Both the position numbers and the translations under genes were made by a program. A DNA stretch of 64,000 nucleotides, from the NCBI GenBank assembly GCA_038087875.1, contig CM075993.1, positions 2,420,001 to 2,484,000 of the forward strand, written 5' to 3'. Positions 12,636-23,878 of the stretch are shown here, in pieces. The notes below the pieces were generated by a model. That model saw only the letters and a program-made list of their open reading frames with translations, had not been told where the DNA came from and did not search any database. This DNA is from Malacoraja senta. Lineage: Eukaryota. How positions within the stretch are numbered: the first letter of the stretch is position 1; each line of letters starts with the position of its first letter.

Positions 12636-14420
12636 GTGGAGACACAGGAGATAGGCAAGGTGTTAAAAGAATATTTCTCATTGTTATTTACCATGGAGAA
12701 AGACATAGATCTAGCAGGCACGGAAATCGTTGTCAAAACATGCGGGGGACACAATTTTTTGGCGCCCGCACGCGTGCATGCCAGACCTGGTTGGTGGCCG
12801 ACTCCGAACTCCAGCAACAGCAGCTTCATCCTCCACGAATCGTGGGGCTTGAATCGGCCCGTTCGCCGGGTCTTTCATTGGCCAGCATCGGGAGCCTCGA
12901 TTGCCTTGATGCAGCAGTTTGATTTTAAGCCGCGCCGGGCGCTTAAAAGCCCCGCGAACGGGCTGATTCAGCCCTTAGAAAGCGTCCGATAAAGTCCGGA
13001 TTACAAAACATGGGAGGGATTGTCCCCACCTCTCAAAGCAGGGGCGGACGTGTCCCCCCTGTCCCCCCTGTCCCCCCCCCCAGGATTTCCGCCCCTGGAT
13101 ACTAGGGAACTGGGGAAGTTAATAGTGATATCTTGAAGAGAGTCCACATCTCAGAAGAGGATTTTCTGGAGTCTTAAAAGGCATGAAGGTAGCTAGATCC
13201 CCAGGATCTGATCAAGAGTATCCTAGAACTGGGTGGGAAGTTGGGAAAGAAATTGCAGTGCCCCTTGGCAGAGATATTTGTATCATTGTTAGGCACGGGT
13301 GAGGTGCTGGTAGACTGGAGGGTGGTAAATGTGCCTCTATATTACGGCATGAGCAAGTTGGGCTGAAGGGTTATTGTCCACGCTGTATGGCTCAATTTAA
13401 TCAAGGAACAGTCTGGCAACTGCAGATCAGTAAGCCTTGCATCAGTGGTGGGTACGTCATTGGAAGGGATTCTGAGAGACAGGATCTACATGCATTTGTA
13501 AAGGCACACGTTAGTCAGAGGGTGGTTAGTCTATCGCAATGTCCACAGAGGGCTGTGGAGGCCAAGTCAATGGATATTTTTAAGGCAGAGATGGATAGAT
13601 TCTTGATTAGTTACAGGTGTCAGGGGAGAAGGCTGGAGAGTGGAGTTAGGAGGGAGAGATAGATCAGCCATGATTGAATGGCAGAGTAGACTTGATGGGC
13701 CGAATGGCCTAATTCTGTTCCTATCACTAACAATCATGACTAAATAGGGAAAGTCAGATTTGGCTTCAAGTGTGAGGAATCTTGTCTTGTGAGTCTGAAG
13801 ACAGGTGTCAGAGGTTATGGGGAGAAGGCAGGAGAATGGGGTTAGGAGGGAGAGATAGATCAGCCATGATGAAATGGTGGAGTAGATCTGCGGGTGCAGC
13901 AGCATCTATGGAGCGAAGGAAATAGGCAACATTTCGGGCCGAAACCCTTCCGGGTTTCGTCCCGAAACGTTGCCTATTTCCTTCAAGGTTTCGGCCCGAA
14001 ACGTTGCCTATTTCCTTCGCTCCATAGATGCTGCCGCACCCGCTGAGTTTCTCCAGCACTTTTGTCTACCTTGTCTTGTGAATTTGGTTGAGTTATTTTG
14101 AGAGGCAACTGAGAAGAATGATGAAGGGAGTGCAGTAGACGTTGTTTACATGGACTTTAGCAAAGGCCTTTGACAAGGTCTAGAAGGTTAGATCACCTGG
14201 AATCAAGAGCAAGCTAGCCAATTAGATACAACATCGGCTTGAAGGTATGAGATAGAGAGCAGTGGTAGAGAGTTATTTTTCACACTGGGGGCCTGTAAGA
14301 AATGATGTGCCACTGGGACTGGTGCTCTGTCCACTGTTGTTCATTATTTATATTAACGATTTGGATGTGAAGATACGTGAGATGATGAGTAGGTTTTCAG
14401 ATACCATTAACATTTGACGT
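12636..14420 (+). mobile_element. Old degraded CR1 ORF2 (RT region), split by several later insertions
   Basis: Pieces read ETQEIGKVLKEYF, SPGSDQEYPR, DWRV, GSAVDVVYMDFSK..FDKV, IYINDLD across frameshifts. Confidence 0.72.
12715..13097. mobile_element. hAT-type MITE inserted in an old CR1 ORF2
   Basis: TIR caggcacggaaatc / gatttccgcccctg (12/14); TSD gat(a)ctag / gatactag; CR1 reading EYFSLLFTMEKDID|TRELG resumes after it. Confidence 0.75.
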
Positions 14421-15630
14421 TTTACGTTCAGCACCGGGCCTGCACTTGCTGCAGATTGGAGGAACGAGGGGGGGCCTCGTTGAAACTTACCGAACAGTGA
14501 AAGGCCTGGATAGAGTGGACGTGGAGAGGATGTTTCCACCAGTGGGAGAGTCAAGGACTAGAGGTCACAGCCTCAGAATTAAAGGACATTCGTTTAGGAA
14601 GGAGATGAGGAGGAATGTCTTCAGTCAGAGGTCGCTAAACCTGTGGAATTCTTTGCCACAGATGGCTGTGGAGGCCAAGTCAATGGATATTTTTAAGGCA
14701 GGGAAAGATAGATTCTTAGGTACACAAAAATGCTGGAGAAACTCAGCGGGTGCAGCAGCATCTATGGAGCGAAGGAAATAGGTAACGTTTCGGGCCGAAA
14801 CCCTTCTGCACCCGCTGAGTTCCTCCAGCATTTTTGTGTACCTTCGATTTTCCAGCATCTGCAGTTCCTTCTTTAACAAAGATAGATTCTTGATTTGTAC
14901 GGGTGCCAGCGGTTATAGGGAGAAGGCATAACCTTCCAATAACCTTTTACATATATACCAAGCCAATTAACCTATCAACCTGTACGTCTTTGGAGTGTAG
15001 GAGGATATCGAAGACCCCGGAGAAATCCAACGCAGGTCACGGGGAGAACGTACAAACTCCGTACAGACAGCAGATCAAACCCGGGTCTCTGGCGCTGTGA
15101 GGCAGTAGCTGTACCACTGCGCCACTGTGCCGTCATGTAACCTTTCCTCTCTCCTGGATTAACGACCAAGAATCTACAGTCTCCTCGATAATATTATGCA
15201 CAGAAATAACGCATAATCACATCGCAGGTCAACAAAATTATTATTCACACTTTTATTATATCATGTTAATTTTGCAGCTGCTTTGGTGGGATTATAGCAA
15301 CATGGACAATAAATCAAATTTGCATTTTATTGACTACCAACATAGGCAACTTGCATCTGATTTAAAGTTGTGTTAACGGTTTCTGAAGAGGAATTGCTAA
15401 TTAAGAATGCGTGACAGATCTTGCAAGAATCCCTCTTCACTAATTTCAGTTTCCTTGTATTGCTGATTAAACTGAAGATGCTGATTCATAAAATCATGCC
15501 ATTGTTAAACAGGCAGCAGCAAAATATTCAGGAAGGTTACCTCACTATTCATCCCCATTGCCTTTGGTCGACACAAAATGCTGGAGTAACTCAGTGGGAC
15601 AGGCAGCATCTCTGGAGAGAAGGAATGGGT

Positions 15631-15660
15631 GACGTTTCGGGTCGAGACCCTTCTTCAGAC
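15631..15660 (-). ncRNA. Minimal hammerhead ribozyme motif (subfamily A) at the apex of a fold-back repeat
   Basis: Reverse complement gtCTGAAGAaGGGTctcgACCCGAAACGTC. Confidence 0.6.
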
Positions 15661-15769
15661 TCCACCCGAAACGTCACCCATTCCTTCTCTCCAGAGATGC
15701 TGCCTGTCCCACTGAGTTACTCCAGCTTTTTGTGTCTATCTTCGGTTTAAACCAGCATCAGCAGTTCCC

Positions 15770-16071
15770 TCTGGAAGGTGACTCTGGATTGTCAAAGCTG
15801 CCACAGCCAGACATAAAAACAGTTTTTACCCACGAGTAGCTGCTCTACTCAACAGCCAAAAATCTGTAGCCTCCCTTTGATCTGGTATTTTGTTGGTTCA
15901 CATGCTTGATCAATGGTGTTTTATCATTAATGTTTTATTATTATTAATGTTTAGTGTTTTCTGAGTCATTCGTAACTGTCACTGTATGTCATGTTGTTAC
16001 TTGTGGGCGGAGCACCAAGGCAAATTCCTTGTATGTGAATACTTGGCCAATAAACTTACTTACTTACTTAC
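15770..16071 (+). mobile_element. Rex1/L2-type LINE 3' end with (ttac)n tail, inserted in a Penelope-end repeat
   Basis: Reads roughly SGR*LWIVKAATARHKNSFYPRVAALLNS, then UTR and caataaacttacttactta; host gcagttcc|ttcctacac rejoins. Confidence 0.6.
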
Positions 16072-17920
16072 TTCCTACACACTAACAGCCTCTGGCGATG
16101 TATTCATATTGCAGATCTGAAACATTTTTCATTTTATCCCTGGAGAGCAGGAGGATGAGGGGGGTGATACAAAGACCTATAAGATAATGAGGGGAATAGA
16201 TCGGGTAGATACACAGAGCCCGTTACCCAGAATAGGGGAATTAAGAACCAGAGATCTGAAGACGGGTCTCAACTCGAAACGTCACCCATACCTTCTCGAA
16301 GCATCTTCTTTCCAAATAAAGACATCAAACTCTCAAAAATCACCTCATCACTCAAACTCTCATTTCTCTTTTGCTCAAGGCTCTCTAAGTAATCTAGATA
16401 CTAAATTAAAATTTAATGGTGGTGCTGGCTCAAAGGGCCGAATGGCGGTGGTGGCTCGAAGGGCCGAATGGCCTACTTCTGCACCTATTGTCTATTGTCT
16501 AAAAGATTCTCGTTGACAATCTTTTTAACTTTGGGCTTTTCATCCATTTGATGCTTCTCCACAGACCTGTTAATGAAAGATATGCAAAACGTTGTGTCTG
16601 TATAACTCATTATCACCTAGGCCACTGCCAACAATGGACCATTGTGGGCTCCACCTTTCCCTGATCATCGTTACATTTTGCATGTCTTTCATTCATTCGT
16701 TCTATAACTCTCTATATCACCGTCTATATCTCTCGTTTCCCTTTCCCCTGACTCTCAGTTTGAAGAAGGGTGTCGACCCGAAATGTCACCTATTCCTTTT
16801 CTCCAGAGATGCTGCCTGACTTTCTGAGTTACTCCAGATTTGTGTGTCTATCTAAAGCATTGCACTACCCTGATATTAATTTAATTTCCCAACAATAACA
16901 TTCCCTGTGCATATTCCTAATTATTACTGCCTGAAGCCAAATATACTTGGGTCAACGGAGGGGTAGGGAGGAGCATAACGTGATGCATTGTTTTGATGGT
17001 CCATACTGCGGTTTCTGGATGGGAAAGGTACAGGTCCCAGAAACTATTGAGGAGGATAAACTTTGTTCTTGCACGATTTTCTCCCAAGTATCACAGTCAT
17101 CTCTGCCAGTTCAACTGTTTGACTGCTCCACTTCATGGTGAGATTATGTTCCAAAGTAAATGGAACTGTGAAAAAGGAAAGAAGAGTATAATGATGATTA
17201 TCTAGTACATTACGTACCTGCGAAAAAAGCAATTGTGATGCCTTTCTCATCAGTTTGGTCATTGGGTTGCACAGCATGGATCCATTGAATACTTGCTGAC
17301 CATCGAGCACCATGATGGTCAACCATCAAGGTAAACGTTGGATTACACTAACCCAACACCAATCCTGTTTTATTCCCCCCACAATCCCATCAACTTCCCT
17401 CCCCACCCCACCCCCTCTCATTCCGCCACTCATCCACACAATGACGTTTGTTAGTTTCGTTTAGAGACGCACCGTGTCAACAGGCCTTTCGACCCCACCG
17501 AGTCCACACTGACCATCGATCACAGGTTCACAATAGTTCAATGTTATCGCTCTTTCACATCCACTCCTTACACACCAGGGGCAATTCTACAAGAGGCCAA
17601 TTAATCTTTGGGATGTGGGAGGAAACCAGAGCAGGAGAATGGGGTTGAGTTGGAAAAAAATAGACCAACCATATATCGGCAAAGTAGACTTGATGGGCTG
17701 AATGGCCTCTAATTCTGCACTGATGTCTTACGCTCTTAGAATAAGTCTGGACCTTGGTGAATGTACTCAACTGGGTTGGGGTAAATTACAACATCATTGG
17801 AGAGCAACTTGGGAGCAACTGTTGTTGCTTAAGTCCTCACCTGAGATGTGGGTTTTGTGTAAAGACCAGTTGATCACAGGTCTGGACCGCTATGCCCCAG
17901 TAAAGCAGAGGGACAATTTT

Positions 17921-18655
17921 GGCATGGCAAGGCAAGGCAATGCAAGGCAAGGCAAGGCATGGCATGGCATGACATGGCATGGCATGGCAAGGCAAGGCAA
18001 GGCATGGCATGGCAAGGTAAGGTAAGGCATGGCATGGCATGGCATGGCAAGGTAAGGTAAGGCATGGCATGGCATGGCAAGGCAAGACAAGGCAAGGCAA
18101 GGCAAGGCAAGGCAAGGCAAGGCATGGCATGGCATGACATGGCATGGCATGGCAAGGCATGGCAAGGCAAGGCAAGGCAAGGCAAGGCATGGCATGGCAA
18201 GGTAAGGTAAGGCATGGCATGGCATGGCAAGGCAAGGCAAGGCATGGCATGGCATGGCAAGGCAATGCATGGCATGGCATGGCATGGCAAGGCAAGGCAA
18301 GGCATGGCATGGCAAGGTAAGGTAAGGCATGGCATGGCATGGCATGGCATGGCAAGGCAAGGCAAGGCATGGCAAGGCAAGGCAAGGTAAGGCATGGCAT
18401 GGCATGGCAAGGCAAGGCAAGGCATGGCAAGGCAAGGCAAGGCAATGCATGGCATGGCATGGCATGGCAAGGCAAGGCAAGGCAAGGCAAGGTAAGATAA
18501 GGTAAGGCATGGCATGGCATGGCAAGGCATGGCAAGGCAAGGCAAGGCATGGCATGGCATGGCAAGGCAAGGCAAGGCATGGCATGGCATGGCAAGGCAT
18601 GGCAAGGCAAGGCAAGGCATGGCATGGCATGGCATGGCAAGGCAAGGCAAGGCAT
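17921..18655. repeat. Pentamer satellite (GGCAA/GGCAT/GGTAA)n, 735 bp
   Basis: Unbroken 5-bp phase over 147 units. Confidence 0.97.
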
Positions 18656-18958
18656 CTTTAGCCACTTTCTGACATCACAAAGATTTCCTTTGAATGACTA
18701 TTTCTGAAGTGCGTGCCACAAATGCCGGCACGGTGGCGCAGCGGTAGAGTTGCTGCCTTACAGCACCAGAGACCCGGGTTCGATCCCAACTACGGGTGCT
18801 GTCTGTACAGAGTTTGTACGTTCTCCCCGTGACCTGCGTGGGTTTTCTCCAGGTGCTCCGGTTTCCTGCCACATTTCAAAGGTACAGGTTTGTAGGTTAA
18901 TTGGCTTGGTATAATTGTAAAATGTCCCCAGTGTGTGTAGGATAATGTTAGTGTGTGG

Positions 18959-20610
18959 CAGGGCCCTCTTAACGCATGGGCACGCTGGCAGTTGCCCGGG
19001 GCCCCACGAGCATAGGGGCCCATGCTAATCTATGTATGTCGTGATTTGCTGCCAATTATATAAATACTATACTACACTAAACTATAAATATTTGTTATTG
19101 GCAAAATGCATATTTAGCATGTGTTTTACTAAAGATAATGAACAATATTAATGTGAATTTTTATGCTAACAAGTGGACCTTGGCATCCGCCTCTGAGTTA
19201 GTATCACGGTCACCTCTGCAACCACACGTGCACGTACGTGTACATATCTCACACGCTACATAACTGGAAATCCTGGAAAAGGGAGCCCATCGTATTTATC
19301 CGCAAACATTTGTGAGGAATTTATTGAATTAAGCCCCTGTCCCACGATGCGAGTTTGCCCAAGAGCTCTCCCGAGTAAAAAAAAAAAAATCAAACTCGTG
19401 GTACTTCATCACGAGTATTTTTTTACTCTTGGACATTTTTCACAGTGTTGAAAAAACTTCACGAGTTACCGCGTTTCCCAAGAACCTGCCGTTAGCATTA
19501 CGAGCCGTTACGAGACATCCACGAGCTCCGATGTAGTCGTGGTAAGTAGTACATTCTACGTACTTTACCACGAGTTTGATTTTTTTCTTTAAACTCGGAA
19601 GAGCTCTTGGGTAAACTCGCATTGTGGGACAAGGGGCTTTAACGGGACAACGTTCTTTGTGCTATTCTTGAAGAAATAAAAGAGTCAAAAGTATGATTCA
19701 ATAAGTGTGGATTCCACTCCAGACATCTCACACACTGATCAACTGACATTTACTGTCCGGTACATTAGAGGATGTGAGCCTGTGGAACGTTTCATGAAGT
19801 TCATCCCCATCTTTTCTCATGGAGCAAATAATCTAGCAGACACTGTTGTGGATTTCCTTAATGAGAACAAAATTCCACTATCAAACTGCCGTGGTCAGTC
19901 GCGTGACAATGCCTCAAATATGTCTGGATGCTATACTGGATTGCAAGCATGGATTCATCACCTGAATGAGTTTGCCATCTATGTCCCCTGTGCTGGACAC
20001 AGTCTGAACTTGGTGGGTGTAAAAGCGGCAGAGTGTTGTCTACAGACTAACATCTGTTAGTTCAGTGTCTGTATTCCTTTTTCTCTGCTTCTACACATCG
20101 ATGGAATGTTCTGGCATCATCTTTAGGAAAAAACGTTGTGGCCAAGCGTCTGTCTGACACGAGATGGCCGTCACATTTTGATGCTGTTCATGCTCTGTAC
20201 GGGGGTTTGGAGAAAATTAAACATGCACTGGATTCTGCGTCAGCTGGCACTGAACAGGAAGTGAACACAATGCGAGAGGCAGAAGGATTGAGCGATAAAA
20301 TGGAGAGCCTGGAAACGATCTTCCTCACAATTCTTTGGAATGACATTCTTGAAAGAGTGAACAGAACAAGTCAGGTCCTGCAGTCAGAGGATGTGAACAC
20401 ACTTGTTGCCATGAATCTTCTTGAGTCTCTGAAAACCTATCTTCAGGAATTTACAGACTAATTTAGCGAATACGAATTGAAAGCCAGGAGTAGGTGTCTA
20501 GATTCAGATTATAGCCATGTGAAAAAACGGGAACCAAAACGAAATGTGTAGATCAGGGCCCCAGTGCACAGCTTTGCTCGGGGGCCTATAATGCTGTTAA
20601 GTCGGCCCTT
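18959..20610 (+). mobile_element. hAT DNA transposon, internally deleted, with transposase remnant (ZMYM1/PRKRIR-like hAT type)
   Basis: TIRs cagggccctcttaac / gttaagtcggccctt (12/15), 8-bp TSD gtgtgtgg / gtgtgcgg; ORFs 19707-20060 and 20138-20461 contain DSTPDISHTDQL, CRGQSRDNASNMSG, YVPCAGHSLNL, LSDTRW; stops present, C-terminal dimerisation domain not seen. Confidence 0.9.
19332..19638. mobile_element. PIF/Harbinger-type MITE inserted in the hAT transposase frame
   Basis: TIR agcccctgtcccac / gtgggacaaggggct, long inverted arms, TTA TSD both sides. Confidence 0.85.
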
Positions 20611-21136
20611 GTGTGCGGGGTAATTGCTGAATGGTGCGGACTCGGTGGGCCGAAGGGCCTGTTTCCGCACTGTATCCTGAAACTAAACTAAATGAGACAA
20701 AAAAATACTGATGTATATTCACGGAACTGCTGAGTAATTTTTCTTCAACTTTAACTCACTCTCCACGGCTGCCTGTCCTGCTGTTTCCCTGATGTAGATT
20801 GTCAGTTTAATATTAAATCACCGATCTTCAGTTCAGTGGCTTCATATCCACTGGCAACGGAGAGGCAGACACTGCTTTATTTAATTTAACATCTTAACAG
20901 GCAGCAGAGCAGCGTTCTGCCGTACATCTTGACGATAATATAATCTCATATCAGCTCCTGCAGCAACCACTCTCTGAGATCCTCGACTGAAATTGTCAAT
21001 TTTATGTCAATTTTTGGAGCATTCTGAGTTGTTTTCACTACATCATGACCACACATGGTCCGAATGTCCTTTCATCTTGTTAGAAAGAGGACACAGGCAA
21101 TTAGTTGGTTGGCATGGATTTGAATTCCAATTGCAA

Positions 21137-21462
21137 GGTGGCACAGCGGTAGAGTTGCTGCTTTACAGCGCCAGGGACCCGGGTTCGATCCTGACCACGG
21201 GTGCTGTCTGTACGGAGTTTGTACGTTCTCCCTGCGACCTGCGTGAGTTTTTTTTACGATCTTCGGTTTCCTCCCACACTCCAAAGACGTACAGGTTTGT
21301 AGGTTAATTGGCTTGGTGTGTGTGTAAATTGTCCCTTGTGTGTGTTTGTGTGTAGGGTAGTGTTAATGTGCAGGGATCGCTGGTCGGTGCGGGCTCGGTG
21401 GGCCGAAGGGCCTGTTTCCGTACTGTATCACTAAACTAAACTAAATTAAACTAAACTAAAAC
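21137..21462 (+). mobile_element. tRNA-derived SINE, same family
   Basis: A/B boxes, core, (ctaaa)n tail. Further copies at about 4475-4708(-), 14940-15132(-), 22012-22233(-), 28390-28560(+), 31245-31462(-), 32457-32745(+), 35778-36105(+), 36545-36873(+), 42540-42655(-), 42715-43015(+), 60958-61225(-), 61240-61385(+), 63870-64000(-). Confidence 0.87.
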
Positions 21463-22294
21463 CAATGGGATGTGAGCTACCCAAGTGGACTAGGAGGCGC
21501 TGTTTCTTCAGTCGTCTTGTGGCCTCTTACTGTCAATGGAGGAGACCCAGGACAGGAAGGTCAGTGTGTGAGAATGGGAAGAGGAGTTAAAATGGTTGGC
21601 AACCGGGAGATCCAGCAGACCTTGGCTGTTCTCCTGTTTCTTTATCTTTATTTATATCCGAGTTATCGGGTTCATAAAGAAGTGGTCAACAAACTAGTTT
21701 TATTCATTCTAAAAGATCTAAAGGATTAGGCAAATCAGGCTGTGAATTGGAGCAGGAGTTAAAGCGACTGGTGATTCCTGAAGTGTCCTTGCATTGATGC
21801 TGTTTCCATAGCAACGGTGGACAGCAGAAGAGGCATCCAACCTATAGCGGGTGACATCGTCACTATAATTTGTACAGCAAAGTAACACTGGATGGGAATA
21901 ACAGAACAAAACCTGCCAGAGGCACCTACATCAGAAGCGAGGAATAGATTTCTAAATAAATAAAACTGCAGCATTACTAGGTGGCACGGTGGCGCAGGGA
22001 TAGAGCTACTGTCTACACACACTAGGGACAATTTAACCATCATACCAAGCCAATTAACCTACAAACCTGTACGTCTTTGGAGTGTGGGAGGAACCCGAAG
22101 ATCTCGGAGAAAACCCACGCGGTCACGGGGAGAACGTACAAACTCCGTACAGACAGCACCCGTGGTCGGGATCGAACCCGGGTCTCTGGCGCTGTGAGGC
22201 AGCAACTCTACCGCTGCGCACCTTGTGCCGCCCCTGAGCAGGTGTTTTGCGCAGGATTCCGGCATCTGCAGCCTCTTGTGTCACCATATTCTAA

Positions 22295-22611
22295 AGGGCC
22301 TGTCCCACTGTACGAAAATTCAAGAGCTCTCCCGAGTAAAAAAAAATATCAAACTAGTGGTAAGCATGTAGAATGTACGTAGCGGGTACGTCGGAGCTCG
22401 GGGACGTCTCTTAGCGGCTCGTAACGCTAACGGCAGGTACTCGTGAAACGCGGTAAGCTCGTGAAGACTCATGAAGATTTTTCAACATGTTGAAAAATGT
22501 CCACGAGAGCCCCGAGTACCTACGAGCGGCTATTACCGTAATTCTCCGAGTTCGAATCAGGGGAAACTCGGGAGAACTCTTTGAATGAACTCGTACAGTG
22601 GGACAGGCCAT
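22295..22611. mobile_element. PIF/Harbinger-type MITE
   Basis: TIR agggcctgtcccactgtacga / tcgtacagtgggacaggccat, TAA TSD; internal palindrome ttttcaacatgttgaaaa. Confidence 0.85.
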
Positions 22612-23519
22612 TAATGATCCACTGTGGAATCTCTGCCTACTTTGGTTGTCACCCTCTCTCTGACAGGCGTTTTGTGAGACCCTCGCCCACTGCTTCCCCC
22701 TCTGTTCCCTTGTTCTTCGAACATGTTCTAATCCGGACTCACTACCACAGTCACGTGTCTTTCCCTGGTTCAATCTGACGAAGAGTCCCGATCAGAAACA
22801 TTGTCTGTCCATTTCCCTCCACAGATGCTGCCTGACCCGCAGAGTTCCTCCAGCAGTTTGTTTTATTGCTCTGTGTTGGGCAAAGGGTGGTTTGTGAAGT
22901 AAGCATGATCCGTTTGTAACTGCAGAGACTCAAGTTACCAAACGGTTGTTTACTGCATCGAAGTCTGCAATTCCCCTGGGACTTGATAATCAAGAAGAAA
23001 AAAACGTATTAACTTCCCAACAAAAGAACCTTAGATTCTTTTTCTCTGGAACGCCAGAGGTTGAAGGGATCTGATAGGAGCAAGTAAAACTATGCCAGGC
23101 AGAGATAGGGTCTTTAAGTCAGATTTGTAGGTTAATTTGGCTTTGGTATAAATTATATAGATTGTCCCTAGTATGTGGAATGGTGCTAGTGTGTGGGGAT
23201 CGCTGGTCGGCACGGACACGGTGGGCCAAAGGGCCTGTTTCCACTCTCTATCTCTGAACTTTTTCATCTTGCGTATGGCGTGCACAGCCTAAAGTTGTCG
23301 GACCACTTGTTCTATTTGATCTTATTTGCATTCGTTGAAACATGGCGGACCACGTGAAGGTTGCAATCTCCCACCCCATCTCTGAACTGTACTGACATTA
23401 CGTAAAAGTTGCACATAAAATTCTGTAATTCAGTTTAAAGATGAAAGACCATGCAATAAAAGCAAGACAATAGTACAAAGCACAATTAGAAATAAAAGTA
23501 AGTTTGAGGTAGTGCAAGA

Positions 23520-23878
23520 GTGGACTGGACAAGCTAGATGCAGGAATAATGTTCCCCATGTTGGGCGAGTCCAGAACCAGGGGCCACAGTCTTAGAATAA
23601 AGGGGAAGCCATTTAAGACTGAGGTGAGAAAAAACGTTTTCACCCAGAGAGTTATGAATTTGTGGAATTCCCTGCCACAGAGGGCAGTGGAGGCCAAGTC
23701 ACTGGATGGATTTATGAGAGAGTTAGATAGAGCTCTAGGGGCTTGTGGAGTCAAGGGATATGGGGAGAAGGCAGACACCTGTTATTGATTGGGGACGATC
23801 AGCCATGATCACAATGAATGGCGGTGCTGGCTCGAAGGGCCGAATAGCCTCCTCCTGCACCTATTTTCTATGTTTCTA
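23520..23878 (+). mobile_element. CR1-clade LINE 3' end
   Basis: ORF 23549-23788 and tail. Confidence 0.88.

Larger units (their letters stand above)
18726..20692 (+). mobile_element. SINE split by the hAT insertion (18726-18958 and 20611-20692)
   Basis: Head and core before 18959; 3' end and aaactaaactaaa tail after 20610. Confidence 0.85.

Noticed and set aside
17837..18665. Long Cys/Pro/His-rich ORFs (MPCLALPCHA...)
   Set aside because: Translation of the pentamer satellite; no splice or domain evidence.
18726..18800. tRNA-like sequences with A and B boxes
   Set aside because: Heads of SINEs continuing into core and tail; no complete cloverleaf.
19707..20461. Possible ZMYM1/THAP12-like host gene
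   Set aside because: Bounded by TIRs and TSD, interrupted by stops and a MITE: a dead hAT transposase.
21808..21830. REST/NRSE site, expected in some HCN introns
   Set aside because: Only the GGACAG half matches; left half and spacing do not fit, and I found no canonical RE1 elsewhere by eye.
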